Source: Adineta vaga (Eukaryota; Animalia; Rotifera). Taken from it: DNA of 64,000 nucleotides. The position numbers and the translations under genes are program-made. The DNA is taken from the NCBI GenBank assembly GCA_021613535.1, contig CP075492.1, positions 11,284,001-11,348,000 on the forward strand, in the 5' to 3' direction. The notes below the pieces were generated by a model. That model did not search any database. It was not told where the DNA came from and saw only the letters and a list, made by a program, of their open reading frames with translations. Each line of letters opens with the position of its first letter. Position 1 is the first letter of the stretch. Positions 28,201-42,976 of this stretch are shown piece by piece.

Positions 28201-30517
28201 CTTAACATTCGGTCAGCTTTAAAACTAAATAAACTTTCTGTTTTGTTTCGAAAAACTTTTCTGGTATGATAACTTACATATATTCTTCATCTTTCTTTTG
28301 GATTTTAACTGATTTAAGAAGCCACTGTTGATCAGCATCTTTACCGTCATGTCCAATATTGATCTTTTCTATCTAATGAACACAAACACTTGAGAATCTA
28401 ATCATGGAATTTTCATAATTAAAAAACTTACTTTTCCAACATTAATTCCTTTTAATTCAAATTCTAATTGACTATTTTTATCAAATTTTGCCTGTGAATG
28501 ATCCATTGTTTTTGTTAAAGCGAAATTTTTCGTCAAATCATCTTTGCCATAGATACATAACATAACATTACTATCAATACCAGAATCGCCAGTGATGATA
28601 GTTATTTTGTAAACAATATCTGTTAAAGAATAAGCTTTCATCATATTATGAAGAATGAAATAGATGAGCAATGAACAACTATAGTCACCATCTTCTGCTT
28701 ATATATGATGATTTTTAAAAGATTAGTTAATCGGATTAGTAACAGTAGTAGAAAAATGAAAGAATGAGGCGAAAAAAATGTCTTACCGTCCTTATTTGCT
28801 TCTGGCTTGAGTGTTATCCAATTAAAATCGTTACCTAAACGACTTGATAACCAACATTGTCCTTGAAAACTAAAGAAAGAACAGTTTTCTTTTCTCTCGT
28901 AGAATTTTTCTAGTTACTGATAAACTGTTTTTTTATATTTAATATCAATTGAATCTAACAGCCAAGCAAATTTTTGTTCACTATCAAGAAATCCGATTGT
29001 AATACTTTCGATCTAATATAAAAGCAAAAACAAATGAAATTGTGGATAAATTTAATGAAATAATACACATATTTTCTTACATTGCCAATATCTTTATGTT
29101 TAATTTCGAATTGATCAACACTTCCCTTTTGAAAAGTCGATTGTTCATCTGATTTCCAATGATCTTTTAATAAAACTTTTTCAATATCTCCATTTGATCC
29201 ATGAACACTCATTTCAATATTTTCTACCGTTTCATCATGTCGAACATTTCCCGTGTGTACTGTTACCATATACACTGAAGCTAAATCAGGAAAAAAGAAG
29301 GCAATAATTATTATTCAATTCATATTCATTTATATTACGTGGGGGTGATGGTACACGACGATTCAATTCAACAGATAATTTCTTATCACCCTTCGTTGGA
29401 CTTAACCATCTATTTGCTATAAATCTAAATAAAAAATTTGCTCCTTTTCATATGAAATGAAAATAGACATTATTAGAACACAAACTCATGTTGTTGTGTA
29501 TCTGTTTGTATTTTCACACTTTGTAAATACCAATCATTAACTAAACCAAGACATTCATGTCCAATAATAATTTTTTCAATCTAAAGAAATTATTTAAATT
29601 CGTTTAGGTCATTTTCAATTGTCTTACTTGTCCAACATTATTACTATCCAAATTAAATTTTGCGAGAGAATCCTTTGTAAACGAAGCATTTTTTGATTCT
29701 AAGAAAATCTTCGGTGTTGTTGATGTCGTTCCAAAGATTTGAATAAACGCAGGTGAATCTAATGTAGCCGTTTGTTCACTACCTGTTAGAACTTCGATAT
29801 TATAATTTGCAGCTAAAATTCATGAGAAAGAAAGTTTTTAAATTTGAAAATCAATACGAAAGATTATCAACCTAATTGTTCGGAACCAAAAAGTTCTACG
29901 GATAATTTTCGATCAAGTTTTGTTTCATCTAACCATCGATTTGCATAGAATCTAAATATATTCTCAAAACAACAACTATCATAGACTAAAATCTGATGTA
30001 ATGTAAACTGACCGAATTCGAAAATCGTGAACGGATATATCAATATAATCGAGATACCATCCATTTGTTTTATCTTCATGTCGAATAATAATACGTTGTG
30101 GTTTACCAACATCGATAGCTTGAATTTCGAGGTTTCTCGTTGAATCTTGTGGAAAGAATTTTTCATTTGAAGATGTTTTTAAAAGTATTTCATCCGTCTG
30201 CTGATTATCACGGCCAAATATTTTCAAATAAACCGGTCCATTACTACCGGAATTTCTATAATTACCAGTTTTGACAGTTATGGAATATTTTATTTCTATA
30301 TAAAATAGAATAAAGTATAAACATTACATATTTAGAAATAACTCAACTAGAATCAGCAGGTTTCAGTACTGGATTTATTCGTCGAACGTTTTCATTAATT
30401 GATGAATCAGGTTGCTTTTCTAAAATTCAAAGATTCAATAACTAATATCAATTTTCTTAACATACCGATCTTTTGTGGATTTTGTACAGTTGTACTCTTT
30501 TTCGAGCAACACAGCAT
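25255..30517 (-). CDS. Multi-PLAT/LH2 domain protein (LOXHD1-like, about 7 PLAT repeats)
   Basis: Repeated Y.I.V.TG...V.I.IYG..G.T...F....F.....DVG...KI.IGH.....W.L..V.I......Y.F.A..WL units with a recurring intron pattern. Confidence 0.85.
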
Positions 30518-31490
30518 GATTAATTGAATTCTTTTATTTTTATTTTTCTTCTGTCTTGTTTGACGATTCAATGATTAGATTATAAAACTCACTCAACTAG
30601 TAGTTCTTTCTTTCTATTTCTCAACGTCGTATCACCTTTATGGATGACAACCACTTTGAATTACTTGAAAGAAATGTCTTTTCTCTTCTCTTTTTTTAGT
30701 GTGTTGGCTTGACAATATGTAATTCTGTTGTGTTTTGTGTAAAAGAAAGTCAAATGACTGATAACACAACATACCAGTTAGTTTTTCTCTTTCTTTTTCT
30801 TATTCTTGGAAATTGTTGACAACTTCCTCAACATCTTTTTTCAAAAAGATTTTTCAATTGACAATAAAGTCAAATCAAGATCATCTTCTGAAATGGAAAC
30901 ATTAACATGTTAAATAAAGTTTAGAATGCAGATGAACTATAGTTTTCATCGCTAAAAATAGCATTTTATTAATTGAGATTTTGAAATCAATCACAAACAA
31001 TTCCACAGGTGGTCTTCATAATCAAATCCATCATGAATCTTACTTCCGTCATATCCACACATGAGACAAGTGTTGTTAGGATTATATTTAGCAGAGGTAA
31101 ACTTAGCAACAGAATTCTTCTGATTATAGTATGAAAGAAATATTGTTCCTTATTGTTTTGACTTCCGAGTTATTCGAGAACCAACAGTACCTAGGTTCCA
31201 AATACTATAGAAAGTTAGATCTACCAATTTCTAACAGTCGGACAAAATTTGAAAACGACAGAATTCATTCAGTGAGTTTTCATTAATTTTATTTATATCA
31301 CGCATCTGTTTATATTCAAATAATTCTCACACGACCATGATGATAACAATTAAGCAAAAGACATCCTTTCTATAATATTACAAGTTGTGTTCTTGTCTAG
31401 ACTTAACTATCAGTCTTTTTCGTACAATCAATAAAAAATTTTTATTGAATTTATTGTAAAAAAACAAAACAAAAGAAAACATCCTATGAA

Positions 31491-33738
31491 TTACGATTGA
31501 ATCCTATATAGTATATCTGCGAAAGCTTTTAAAATTCTCTGTTCGAAATAAATCGATGATGACATATCCAGAAGTCGATATTCAAATAATTTCAAACAAT
31601 TATTTTCTTTAATTGTAGCAAATAATAATAAGAGCTGTGTACATGAATCAATCATCATATCAGCAGAATGATTCATTGGTATTGTTGTTGTCGTTGCTAC
31701 TGATGATGATGATGATGATGATGATGAAGCATTATAATAAGATGTTAATGTCGCAATAAGATGTTGTTGTTGATTATATTCGTAAAATTCCAAATAATTG
31801 AAGATTAATTCAATACAGTTGATTTGTGAAGAAAAAAATTCAACTAACAATCGATTTCGTTTACATAGTGAACAGATAATTAATAAACAATATTCACGAT
31901 TGATATCTTCTTGATTTGATGAATTCATCAAAGAAAGAAGTGTATGATTAAATGAGATTAATTCTTCATAGTTAAGATCAAGTAAAATAAAATCAACATT
32001 AACTTCATTTGTACATAATTTAGCAAAAATTTGCAATGATATTTCACGTGGAGAGATAGAAATTTGTTCGATTTTTTTAGTATTCATTTGTTCTTCCATA
32101 TCCATCGAAATAAATAAGTCATTTGTAAATGATAATGAACATGAAATCCAATGAATAATTGTATGAATTAATCGAGATCGTGTTATGAAATGACAATATC
32201 GAAGTTCAAGAAAGGATGAAAGATTTGCTAGAGTTACAAATGTATTATCTAGAAGATACATTAGATGTTGTTGTTGTTGATTACAATCATTTGAAGAAGT
32301 TAACGGATTGTTGTTAAATAAATCAGATTGTTGATGTGAATATATGTTAGAATCAAATATCTCATGCATAGTTTCATGATGACAATTTAGTATTCGTACA
32401 AGAATATCTACTAAACAGCGATCATTTGCTAAATATTCGTTTTCTTCAATAAATGATAGATTTCGTATTATCGTTGCTAAACATGCAGATCGTATCATAA
32501 TTGAATGGGACCGATCGATCGAAGGTGTATGATCTTGTTTAGTTATCAATTGTTTCAAGACATATCGATGTGTACCGTAAAATAGTGTTTCTAAACGTTG
32601 TTGATTAGCTTGTGGACCAATGACACTATCATTGATTCGTAGTTTGAATTGAAGAAACCAATTCATATAACAATCATTTGTTGTTGATGGTTGTAAAAAT
32701 GAATGCTCATATAATTCATAGAGACAAGCTAAATTGAAAGAATCCGTTTTCTGTTTGATCGAAAATAGAAAACAAGATTTACCAACGTATTGTTCGGTGA
32801 TAGCATTGAATAAACCGGGTAGTGATTTTAAATTAAAATAAGATGCTGTACGTGAATCACTTAGCCAAACAAGAAGTGTATCCAAATATTTATTACTATC
32901 AGCTAACCATCCAGCACGAAGAATGTACGCGAAATATTGAAAATCATTGATAGGCATTTGTTGTGGTAAACATCGAAATGAATATGAAGAATCTTGAGAA
33001 CGACAAGAATTATTATCGATCGATAATGGTAATGAATTTTTTGTTTCATCAGAATCATATAATGTTGGTAGGTGTTGTTTGTGAACCTAACGAAAATAAA
33101 ATTCATTGAACGAACTTTGACAAAATTTTCGACTAACCTTTACAATCTTACGTGTTGTTGATGTACTGTTATTTCCACGTTTTCTCTTCTTAACCTAAAC
33201 TTCTAATATAAGATCAAAAATACAGATTATATTTTTTACTAACTGTATGTGGCATTTCTGCCATTTCTATTACAGAACGTGGATCAAGGCCAGCTCGATC
33301 AAAACGACATTCATACGCTAATAAACCTAATCGAACATAATTACGTTTAACACTATACGCAGCCGAACCTTTATAAAACAAACAACGAACTCAATATAAT
33401 AGATTTCAATGTCACCTACCTGAATCACCAAAACCTAAGATATTTGATATTTCTTTCCAACCACGATTCGTAGTTATTTCTAAATAACCTTGTCTTTCTT
33501 GAACAAGATGATGTAATTTATATAAATCAAGTAATTGATTTGTAATTGTTGGATATGATTGACAACAAATATTTTCTTCTTCCCAAATACTTCTCAAACG
33601 TTGACAAAACATGAGTCGATCCTTAGAAAATCAATTTACATCTTTCAAATGAACAGAAGAAAAACAGAGCATTCTCACTGATTCAATACCGAATTTTAAC
33701 AATCGATCAAATATTTCCATAGTTAGTTGATTATGCAT
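31491..33738 (-). CDS. Compact ARID1/Osa-like protein (ARID plus BAF250_C-like ARM region)
   Basis: ARID: LLDLYKLHHLVQERQGY...RGWKEI...SAAYSVKRNY..LLAYECRFDRAGLDP. C-terminal ARID1-like segments: LRAGWLADS...LD, LPGL, IIRNLSF..EN, VTLANLS, KLC..EVNVDFIL. Confidence 0.8.
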
Positions 33739-34289
33739 TTTATCACGTTCGTCAATTCATCGATTCAACGTCTTTTTCTATTAACTTGTGATCAGATCTA
33801 ATTAATACTATTTGTTCGGAAAAAACGCGCTAAATTTAATTAAATCTATTCTCTTCTCAACACATCAAAAGTTTCGTGTTAGTAATATAGAACTGTAGTC
33901 AATGAATGTCGTGACTCGTATCTTTTCAAAATCCATGCTCTTCATTTCTTTATCATAGAACTTAAGTATTTGATTGTTATTAGTACATTAGTCGATGTAA
34001 ATTTGAAAATGATCAAACCAAGTCCTTCTTCAATATCATACCTCGAAATAAAATCATCAATTCTCATAGCAAACGAAGAATATTTGATGTGATTAAGAAA
34101 ATCATCGGAATAATTCATAAAAAACGCATCATAACTGTAAAGAAAGAAATTCATTTGATTTTGTCTATCTTCATCCATTATTTACAGAAAGTCAAGCCCA
34201 TTAAGTTTGAATCATCATTCTGAAATTTATCTCGTATTATAATAAATATCTCTTTTTTTTGCCATTTGTTCGGTTTTAATTGGTATACC

Positions 34290-35070
34290 ATGTGGAATAT
34301 TCTTTTACTTTGTATTCTAATACTTAATAGTTTATTTAAACGACGTTATCATCATCATCGAAATAATACGACTAAAATATCTTATTTATCAAATACATCA
34401 ACCGATTCATTCGAAAGATTTCCATTTGAAATTGTTCTTATTGATAGTTTATTAATTATCTATCAATTTCTCTTAACAAGTGAATATCATTCATCTTGGG
34501 GTCGAAGTTTAAATTACAACAATGCAAAGTATTCGACGGTATTTTTAGTATTTACAATATCTATCCAATTGAAATTCTCAAGTATCAGAATAAAGAAGAT
34601 CTCGATGATTATCTACAGGGTAAAGTCGAAAAACATTCTTTTTTGTTTTGTTTTATTGATAATAGCTTCTAAATATAGAGGGAAGTGCTGGAGTGTGTTC
34701 TATGACATTAGACAATACGAATAAACAATTATTAAATATAACTAATTATGTTTATAACCTCGTTAGAATATCTCTTCCATGTTTAATTATTTTCTTCCTA
34801 TCTATTTTAATGTTCTTTCGAATAGGGAACAAGAAAAGCCACAAAATCATTTGGAAATCTATTGCTTCTACAATTGATTTAATTCATTCATTAGTTCATT
34901 TACCATCACGATTAAGTGATCTTTTACTAATGCTATTATCACTCTATTCATCATTTTATTTGCATTTAATTCATTTCTTCCTCTATTCTATACATATAAA
35001 GGTTTAATTTGTCTCGTTTTATCACATAGATATCGTTTTCATGCAAAAAAAATCTGCTATATCTTTTAAT
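34290..35070 (+). pseudogene. Degenerate GPCR-like multi-pass membrane gene with apparent frameshift near 35000
   Basis: TM5-like LPCLIIFFLSIL and TM6-like HLPSRL; a TM7/helix-8-like YKGLICLVLSHRYR is in a different frame; lies upstream of an intact GPCR. Confidence 0.35.
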
Positions 35071-36254
35071 TAATTCAAAATACCGTCGTCAATATCAAGA
35101 TAATTCTCAAAAACAATTTCTTCCGACAACGACGAAACTTTCATCAGTACGAACACCTGTAAGTTAAACTGGATTTTCTCATAGATAGATTTATCATGTC
35201 ATGTTTTCTCTTTCTTTTCTATAATAAATGCTCGTCATCATCGTTTTCTTCTTCTTCTCTTTCTTCTTCCATGCACTCAACAACTAGCCTCGTATAATAA
35301 TCGAACTAAAGACTAATTGTCAGTCAAGTTTCTTTTCTCTTTACTATTTACTGTTCCAATCTTAACGTGAGAAGATAAAAGGAATCTTAAGATGTTAACT
35401 TATCTTTTTTTTTGCTGGAGCACGCTAAAATTCATTTCCGCTATCTTCCGTCATGAAACTTTTCCTCTCAACTAGCAAAGATTTATTTGTCTATTCTTTT
35501 TCTGTTTTTGTTTCATAGATTACTTTTTCAATAACAAGGAAGTTCTTAACTCCGCCTTCCAATAAAAAACAATTTATGTAATTATACTTTATCCGAACAA
35601 ATATATTGAATTCAACCATACTTTACTCATCAAAGAAAACAATTTTTACGCCCTTGTGCTTCTTCCATCACTTGTCATTCATTGTCAACATCAACGATTC
35701 AAACGAAGATCACTGAATAAATATTATTATTATTATTAATCATTTAAGTACAAAAAAAAACAAGAACTAATCTTAGTGAATGAGTTTCGTTATTTTGCAA
35801 TACGGTAACTACTATACTTTGAAACTCTGCACGTCTTTACTAAACGGTATTTCCAGACTAATGATTTCTTGTCACGAATAAATAAATTTCTTTTCTCTAG
35901 AAACAAAGAAGACTAATGTGACAACCAAATGATGGAAATTCAAACCAATCAAAACTAAATTATGCATGTTAAGAAAAGTAAAAGTTGACATTTATTGATG
36001 ATGTTACAGTTAAATATGAAAAAAAAACAAGTTTAGACTCAACTAAAACTTAACTTATTGTTCCACTGACGAGAATAATTCTATTTCTGGATACTCAATT
36101 ATTCTTTTTCTTTCCTATATACAAGTTAAATGAAGCACAACTTAATATTCTTATGAAAAAAAACTAAATCTTCTATTCTTATTTTTTAACACACCTTTAC
36201 AAAGAACATAGTGTTTCTCCTCATAGACATACTTCTATTTACACATACACATCT

Positions 36255-37385
36255 ATGATGAATGTGACAACCGATTCTATTCCGATACAATCATTCGTAC
36301 CAACTGATTATAATGCATTAGGAAATCGTATTGGTACAATAATTTATTCGATTATATACAGTTTAGGATTTATTGGTAATATTCTTGCTTTGATCACATT
36401 TTCTAATCATCGAATGCGACACATTTCCAGTAGTATTTTTCTTCTTATTCTTTCAATTAGTGATACAGTTGCACTTATGACATCTCTATGGTTCTTTCTA
36501 GCAGATGCTTTTGCTATTCAATTACAAAATTATTCCGCTCTTGCTTGTCGTTTTCGAACATTTTTTGCCTATGTTTTCATGGATTTATCTTCATGGTGTA
36601 TTGCCGGTTTAGCATTTGATCGTTTCTTACGGACGGAAATTCCTCTACGTGCAAAACGTATCTGCACGTCACGTAATGCATTAATTATGATACTCATCTT
36701 CTTTCTTTTTCTATGCGGTATTAATGGACATTATTTTTCCGCAGGTATCGGACAAGAACGAGGTGGAAACCGAACAACTGCACATTGTTTAGAGAATCGT
36801 GAAACTTATCCGAACTATTATTATTTTTATAAAATAATCTGGCCTAAAATTGATATGATCATTTTTTGTTTTCTTCCCGCATGTATTATGGTCTTTTGTA
36901 ATATTCGTATAATTTATATTCTTCGACGACAACGTCATCATTTTGAAAATTTTGGAACAGAAAATACATCAACAAAAATTACCAATATTCAACAAACATT
37001 AAGTGGAAGTATACCAATTAAGAAACCTCTCTCACATCGAAAATCGATTGAACGACAAATGTCATTAATGATGTTTGCATGTGTAGTCGTATTTCTTTGT
37101 ACAACTGTTCCAGTGACGATCTATCTAATTCTTCTTGAACAAGTTATTGTTAATTATCCGAACTTTGCCCAAGATAATGCGTACTATGTATTTATATTTC
37201 GTATGCTTCGTGCTATAATGTATAGTCATTTTGGTTGTAATTTTTATCTTTATTGTTTAACAAGTCGAATATTTCGTAGTGAATTTATACGAACAATTAC
37301 ATGTCGACGAATCGTTATCAATAGCAATCAAGATGCGACAACAAGTTATACTCTAAATAAGATTGTCGATGCTTCTAATGTATAA
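36255..37385 (+). CDS. Intronless class A (rhodopsin-like, peptide-receptor-like) GPCR
   Basis: GN (TM1), LSISD (TM2), C...DRF (TM3), LPACIM (TM5), C..P (TM6), NFYLY..TSRIFR (TM7/H8). Confidence 0.92.
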   Translation: MMNVTTDSIPIQSFVPTDYNALGNRIGTIIYSIIYSLGFIGNILALITFSNHRMRHISSSIFLLILSISDTVALMTSLWFFLADAFAIQLQNYSALACRFRTFFAYVFMDLSSWCIAGLAFDRFLRTEIPLRAKRICTSRNALIMILIFFLFLCGINGHYFSAGIGQERGGNRTTAHCLENRETYPNYYYFYKIIWPKIDMIIFCFLPACIMVFCNIRIIYILRRQRHHFENFGTENTSTKITNIQQTLSGSIPIKKPLSHRKSIERQMSLMMFACVVVFLCTTVPVTIYLILLEQVIVNYPNFAQDNAYYVFIFRMLRAIMYSHFGCNFYLYCLTSRIFRSEFIRTITCRRIVINSNQDATTSYTLNKIVDASNV

Positions 37386-38321
37386 AAAGTAACAACGAAC
37401 ATTTAAATTTATTATTTCATTCAGAATATTCATTCGTTTTATGTTGTTAACGATTGTTATAACTGTTTGAAATAAATGAATATTAATTTATTCGTAAGAT
37501 TTCTCTTGAGTATAGACATTCATCAATGAATTTTTAATAACAGAATATTCTCACTTATTTTCAATAAGAACTATATTTAATCAAAACTGTAAATAAAATA
37601 TCTTTGACAACTTATCTATTATATTTCACACATCGAGCAAGTTTATTTCTTTTTAAATTGAACGTACGAAAGAAAAGGAACATTACTACAGTGACAGGTC
37701 ATTGAATCGAGAAAATATAGAATTTCACAAGATTAATTCTTCGTTCAAGAGGAAATGAGTACATCAATATTCATGATTTATGATATCCTGAAAACTTTGT
37801 ACTTCATCGAATACAAGACAATGTTGTACGTAGATTGATGAAGTCGTTTATTGAAAAGAGAGAAAATAACAAAACAAAAAAATATAATCATTTTATTTCT
37901 TTTCTTTCCGACAGAATTTTTATTTATGAAATATTGATATTCTAGAAGAGAAAGGATATATATATATATTCTGAAAATAGAATCAAGGTAATGAAATGAC
38001 GCAGAAAGAGATATATAATGATCTGTTCTGAAGAAATATTTTTCCACATTTATTATCTTTGTTGACAGATAAAGTAGTCTCAATAGACTGATAAATAATC
38101 TATAGTTGCTAATGACATACGATTATTTTCCAAGAAAAACAGACGAATCTGGAGAAATCAATGAAAAAATATAAGATTAATACTTGTAAATTCATAATTG
38201 GTAGAGAAGAAAGTTACTTACAAATGAATAAACTTATTCTCGAAACGTTTTCATAAATATTTGAATAGACTTTGAATGTAACAAAAAAGAGAAGAATCTT
38301 TCCCGCGTATTGTTGTCATTA

Positions 38322-38795
38322 ATGTTAGACAAAAGAGATTATTTAATTCATTTTGCACGAATCTTCTTTGCATGTCTCTTGCTCATTGTATTTTCATTCT
38401 TCACACATATTTGGAATAAATATCAACCATTTCATCTTGCTGTTCAAATACAACGATGTCAATCGAATCTATCTGATAAAAAAATTCTTTCACTTAATGT
38501 TTGGAAATGGTTGAGTCATTTTCATATAATTGAAATCTTGCCAACAATTCCTTTCTTATCAACATCAATTTCATCGAAATGTCATTCTCATATTGAAGAA
38601 AACTATCCATTGAATATTCATCAGTATCTCCGATTGATTTATTCGATATTACTTATCTATCTTGTTTATCATCTGATTTGTTTATCTGCTGTTCATACTC
38701 GTATGAAACAACTTGAAGAAAAACAACGATACTATGGACGACTTTATCGACAAGATGAAAATGTTCGATGTTCAAAACGTTTATTGAAAACATAA
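38322..38795 (+). CDS. Hypothetical two-TM membrane protein
   Basis: Single ORF with two hydrophobic segments flanking a loop containing two Cys; convergent with SPCS2; no family recognised. Confidence 0.45.
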   Translation: MLDKRDYLIHFARIFFACLLLIVFSFFTHIWNKYQPFHLAVQIQRCQSNLSDKKILSLNVWKWLSHFHIIEILPTIPFLSTSISSKCHSHIEENYPLNIHQYLRLIYSILLIYLVYHLICLSAVHTRMKQLEEKQRYYGRLYRQDENVRCSKRLLKT

Positions 38796-38843
38796 AACAA
38801 AGAATAACATTGTTTTAGTCGATTGGTTTTTTCATCATTAGAT

Positions 38844-39757
38844 TTATTTTATTTTTCGTGTATTTAATCGCACTTGATCATAAATATGTCGTAAATCAGC
38901 AGTAAAACGATCATAACATAAAACACCATTTTCATCGAAATAATTACCCACAGATTTTGATAATGATTGAATAGAATTTATTGTTTGATTCGTTCCATCA
39001 TTATAATCCAAAGTTAAATGATAAATATCATCATATCTAATGTAAAGAAAAGTTCTTCATATTCGAAAGTTGTATCTATTTCATAATTTACTTTTTAAGT
39101 TTTGATGAAACCGTACATCGAGACACTGGATCAACACCTGCTTTATCCACTAAATTAATTTTGGTTATTCAACCGAAATCATCGAAAAGTACTTACCGAG
39201 TTTACCAGCATAGAATTTGCCACTTTCAATAAATTGCATGTAGAATGTCAAAATACCCATTAGAATAAAATAACTAAAGACAAAACAGTTCATTATGAAT
39301 GACACACTTGCTTAATCTTAGTAGAAAATCATTCCTGATCCTTCTGATAATTTCTACGCACTAAGTTTTGTTTCTTACGCTATAACGCATAGGATGAGTA
39401 TGGAACGTGATTTAGGAAATGGATTTAACCAATCATAAACCAAAGCAAATCCCGAAAATACACATGCAATAAATGATATGTAAAGACGACCATCCATTAA
39501 TTTGAAATCTTCGGTAAAATTCAATGTCTCTTTGAAATACTAGATAAATATAAAAATAGATCTATTTTTCAATTAAAATAAATCCTACCTTTTTGCATGC
39601 ATCATCTAGTGCGTTTTTCACTGCATTAGTTTCCCATTTATTAACCTTAATCGGTTTGTCAGATGTATTATTCAATGCCGTCTAGAAATAGTAAATCAGA
39701 TATTTTTCAGATGAAAAAGAAAAAGATCTGTTAGTTTCATCTCACATTATCGCCCAT
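38844..39757 (-). CDS. SPCS2: Signal peptidase complex subunit 2
   Basis: KVNKWETNAVKNALDDA, LMDGRL, PFPKSR, SSKLKKYDDIY, SKSVGNYFDENG. Confidence 0.92.
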
Positions 39758-39893
39758 TGCTATTAATCTAGAAATAATGGAAAAAAAAAGAGAGAGATCA
39801 TTCAATGATTTAATAAGAAAAATATCCTAATATGTTTATTATTCTACAGAAAAAAAATATCTTCTATCTGACATATGTTTATTGAATGTTCAT

Positions 39894-40976
<1,083 letters not shown>

Positions 40977-41379
40977 ATTTTTAATATCAGACAAAAAATA
41001 GAAATATATGAACTAGTACGAATGAGAATGAATTCTAGATTTGATAGTATACAGTTATAGTTAATCTTTCTTCTTGCTCTTGTGATTATCTATAATAATC
41101 TTGATTTCTTTGTATCTTTGTATGCTGTGTTTGATTTTGAATCGGTTTAGAGTATCAGACCAATCAAATATGTGCACATATTTTCAAGTACTAGAGGCCG
41201 TAAGTTTCTATTCCATAACCATATGATTCTCTTTCCATACATGACAAATACAGAGTCAGTTTCTTTGCAAACGTGTTGGTTAGAATATGCAATTACTTGT
41301 ACTTCATATATTTATTCGAGAAAGATTTATTTAATCAAAATCAAACTACGAGTAGTAATATTCCTCTTTCAATTGTTTA

Positions 41380-42720
41380 TCAAAATCTTGATTTTGTTGA
41401 ATTTTTAATATTACTAAAACGACGTGTTAAGACTGATGATGGTAGACATTGCTGTGTAGCAACATTAAATCGTACATTCCGTTTTTTGACGGTTTTTGCA
41501 AACTAAAAACACAGCAAGGAAATAATAATTTCTCGTTTCAAATATAATAAATAAACAAACATTATCAACAAGAAATTGATTCGCTTTCGTAATAACATTT
41601 CGATTTGCAGGATATAGATTAACACGAATATCCGTTAGAGGTGGCACGGGACGATTTTCTGTTTGAATAGCTCGATAGGAAACATATTTCGATAATAATT
41701 GTAAGTAATAAAATGAAAGACAAAATTTCTTGCCAATATCATAAATAAATGGAAAAAGTAATGTTGAAGTGCCAGCTTTAATTCCATTTTTGGTTGTTAA
41801 ATGTACCAATCTAACGAAAGTGTGAAAGTAAGAGAAAAAAAAGATGATAATTGAGAAGATTTTACTTCGTATTTATCATTAGTGTTTGTAATGCTAAATG
41901 AATATTTCGTGTGATTAGATAGACTTGTTCTTCATCAGCTTCAAGACGTCGAAGTTTACCGGATGGATAAATTGATGTTTGAGATAATGAATTAGCTTTG
42001 ATAATCATTGGTGTAGATTTTCTGTGTTTATTCGAAGGTTTTATTTGAAGATTTTCAGATGTACTATCTGACTGATATCCAGGTAATGGTTTATTATTAT
42101 TCTTAGATCGATGTCGTGAGAGATTAGAAAATCGATTGGAATCAAAAGATTCGGTTTGATTCTTTTGAGGTTTTAAATTCTTAGATTTTTTCGTATAACA
42201 TGACGGATTTGTTTCTCCATCCGTTTTGCCATCAAATGTTGCTGCCATTTCGAGATCATCAAGATGACATTGAAGTTTGCTAACACTTGATTCGAGCAAT
42301 GGAACTGTTTGAAATAACAAATGGGGATAATGTTGAATCGTATGAGCAATATATCGAACTTCATGTTTAAATCTATTCATGTAACAACATATTGATTTGC
42401 AACAATAAACTATTGAATATTCCTTACCGATACATGATTTTGCGTAATTCTTTATGCAATTCAATAACATCAGGTTCAACAGATAGATGATGTCGAGTTG
42501 CACACATATATGGCGCACGAATTTTAAAGATTTCATCATCTTCATTGAAATGATTACGTAGACGTAATCCATTGATAGCAGTTAAAAATCGATAAACATA
42601 GAGAACATTAATAACGAGACGAATAATTCGTGAAGAAAATTGAACAATATCAGTAAGAATATTTAAAGAAATACGAGGATTCTGTTTAGGTGCACAACTT
42701 TCGAAAGATTGATAAACCAT
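41380..42720 (-). CDS. Hypothetical protein, multi-exon, with C-terminal RVxF-like motif
   Basis: Open exons joined by short introns; ends KKRNVRFN...KSRF*. Start is uncertain. Confidence 0.55.
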
Positions 42721-42976
42721 AAAAAACGATTGTTTTTTCAGTAAATCAAAAAGATATTTTTGAAAAAATCAGTTTATTGAGCGCTTATTTTTTCAGAATA
42801 AGACTAACGAATATCGAACTTCATCTTATTGATTTTTATTTCTTCATGAATAAAAAATAAATAAAAGACATAACAATACAGAAAGAAAAAATGGTTTATC
42901 AATAATATATACTTCACTGTTTATAACATATTTGACTATTCTTTCAAAGCATAGTTTATGATTGATTATAGATACT

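Noticed and set aside
30900-31300. Possible transposon remnant between the PLAT and ARID genes
   Set aside because: No terminal repeats, target duplication or coding similarity could be identified by eye.
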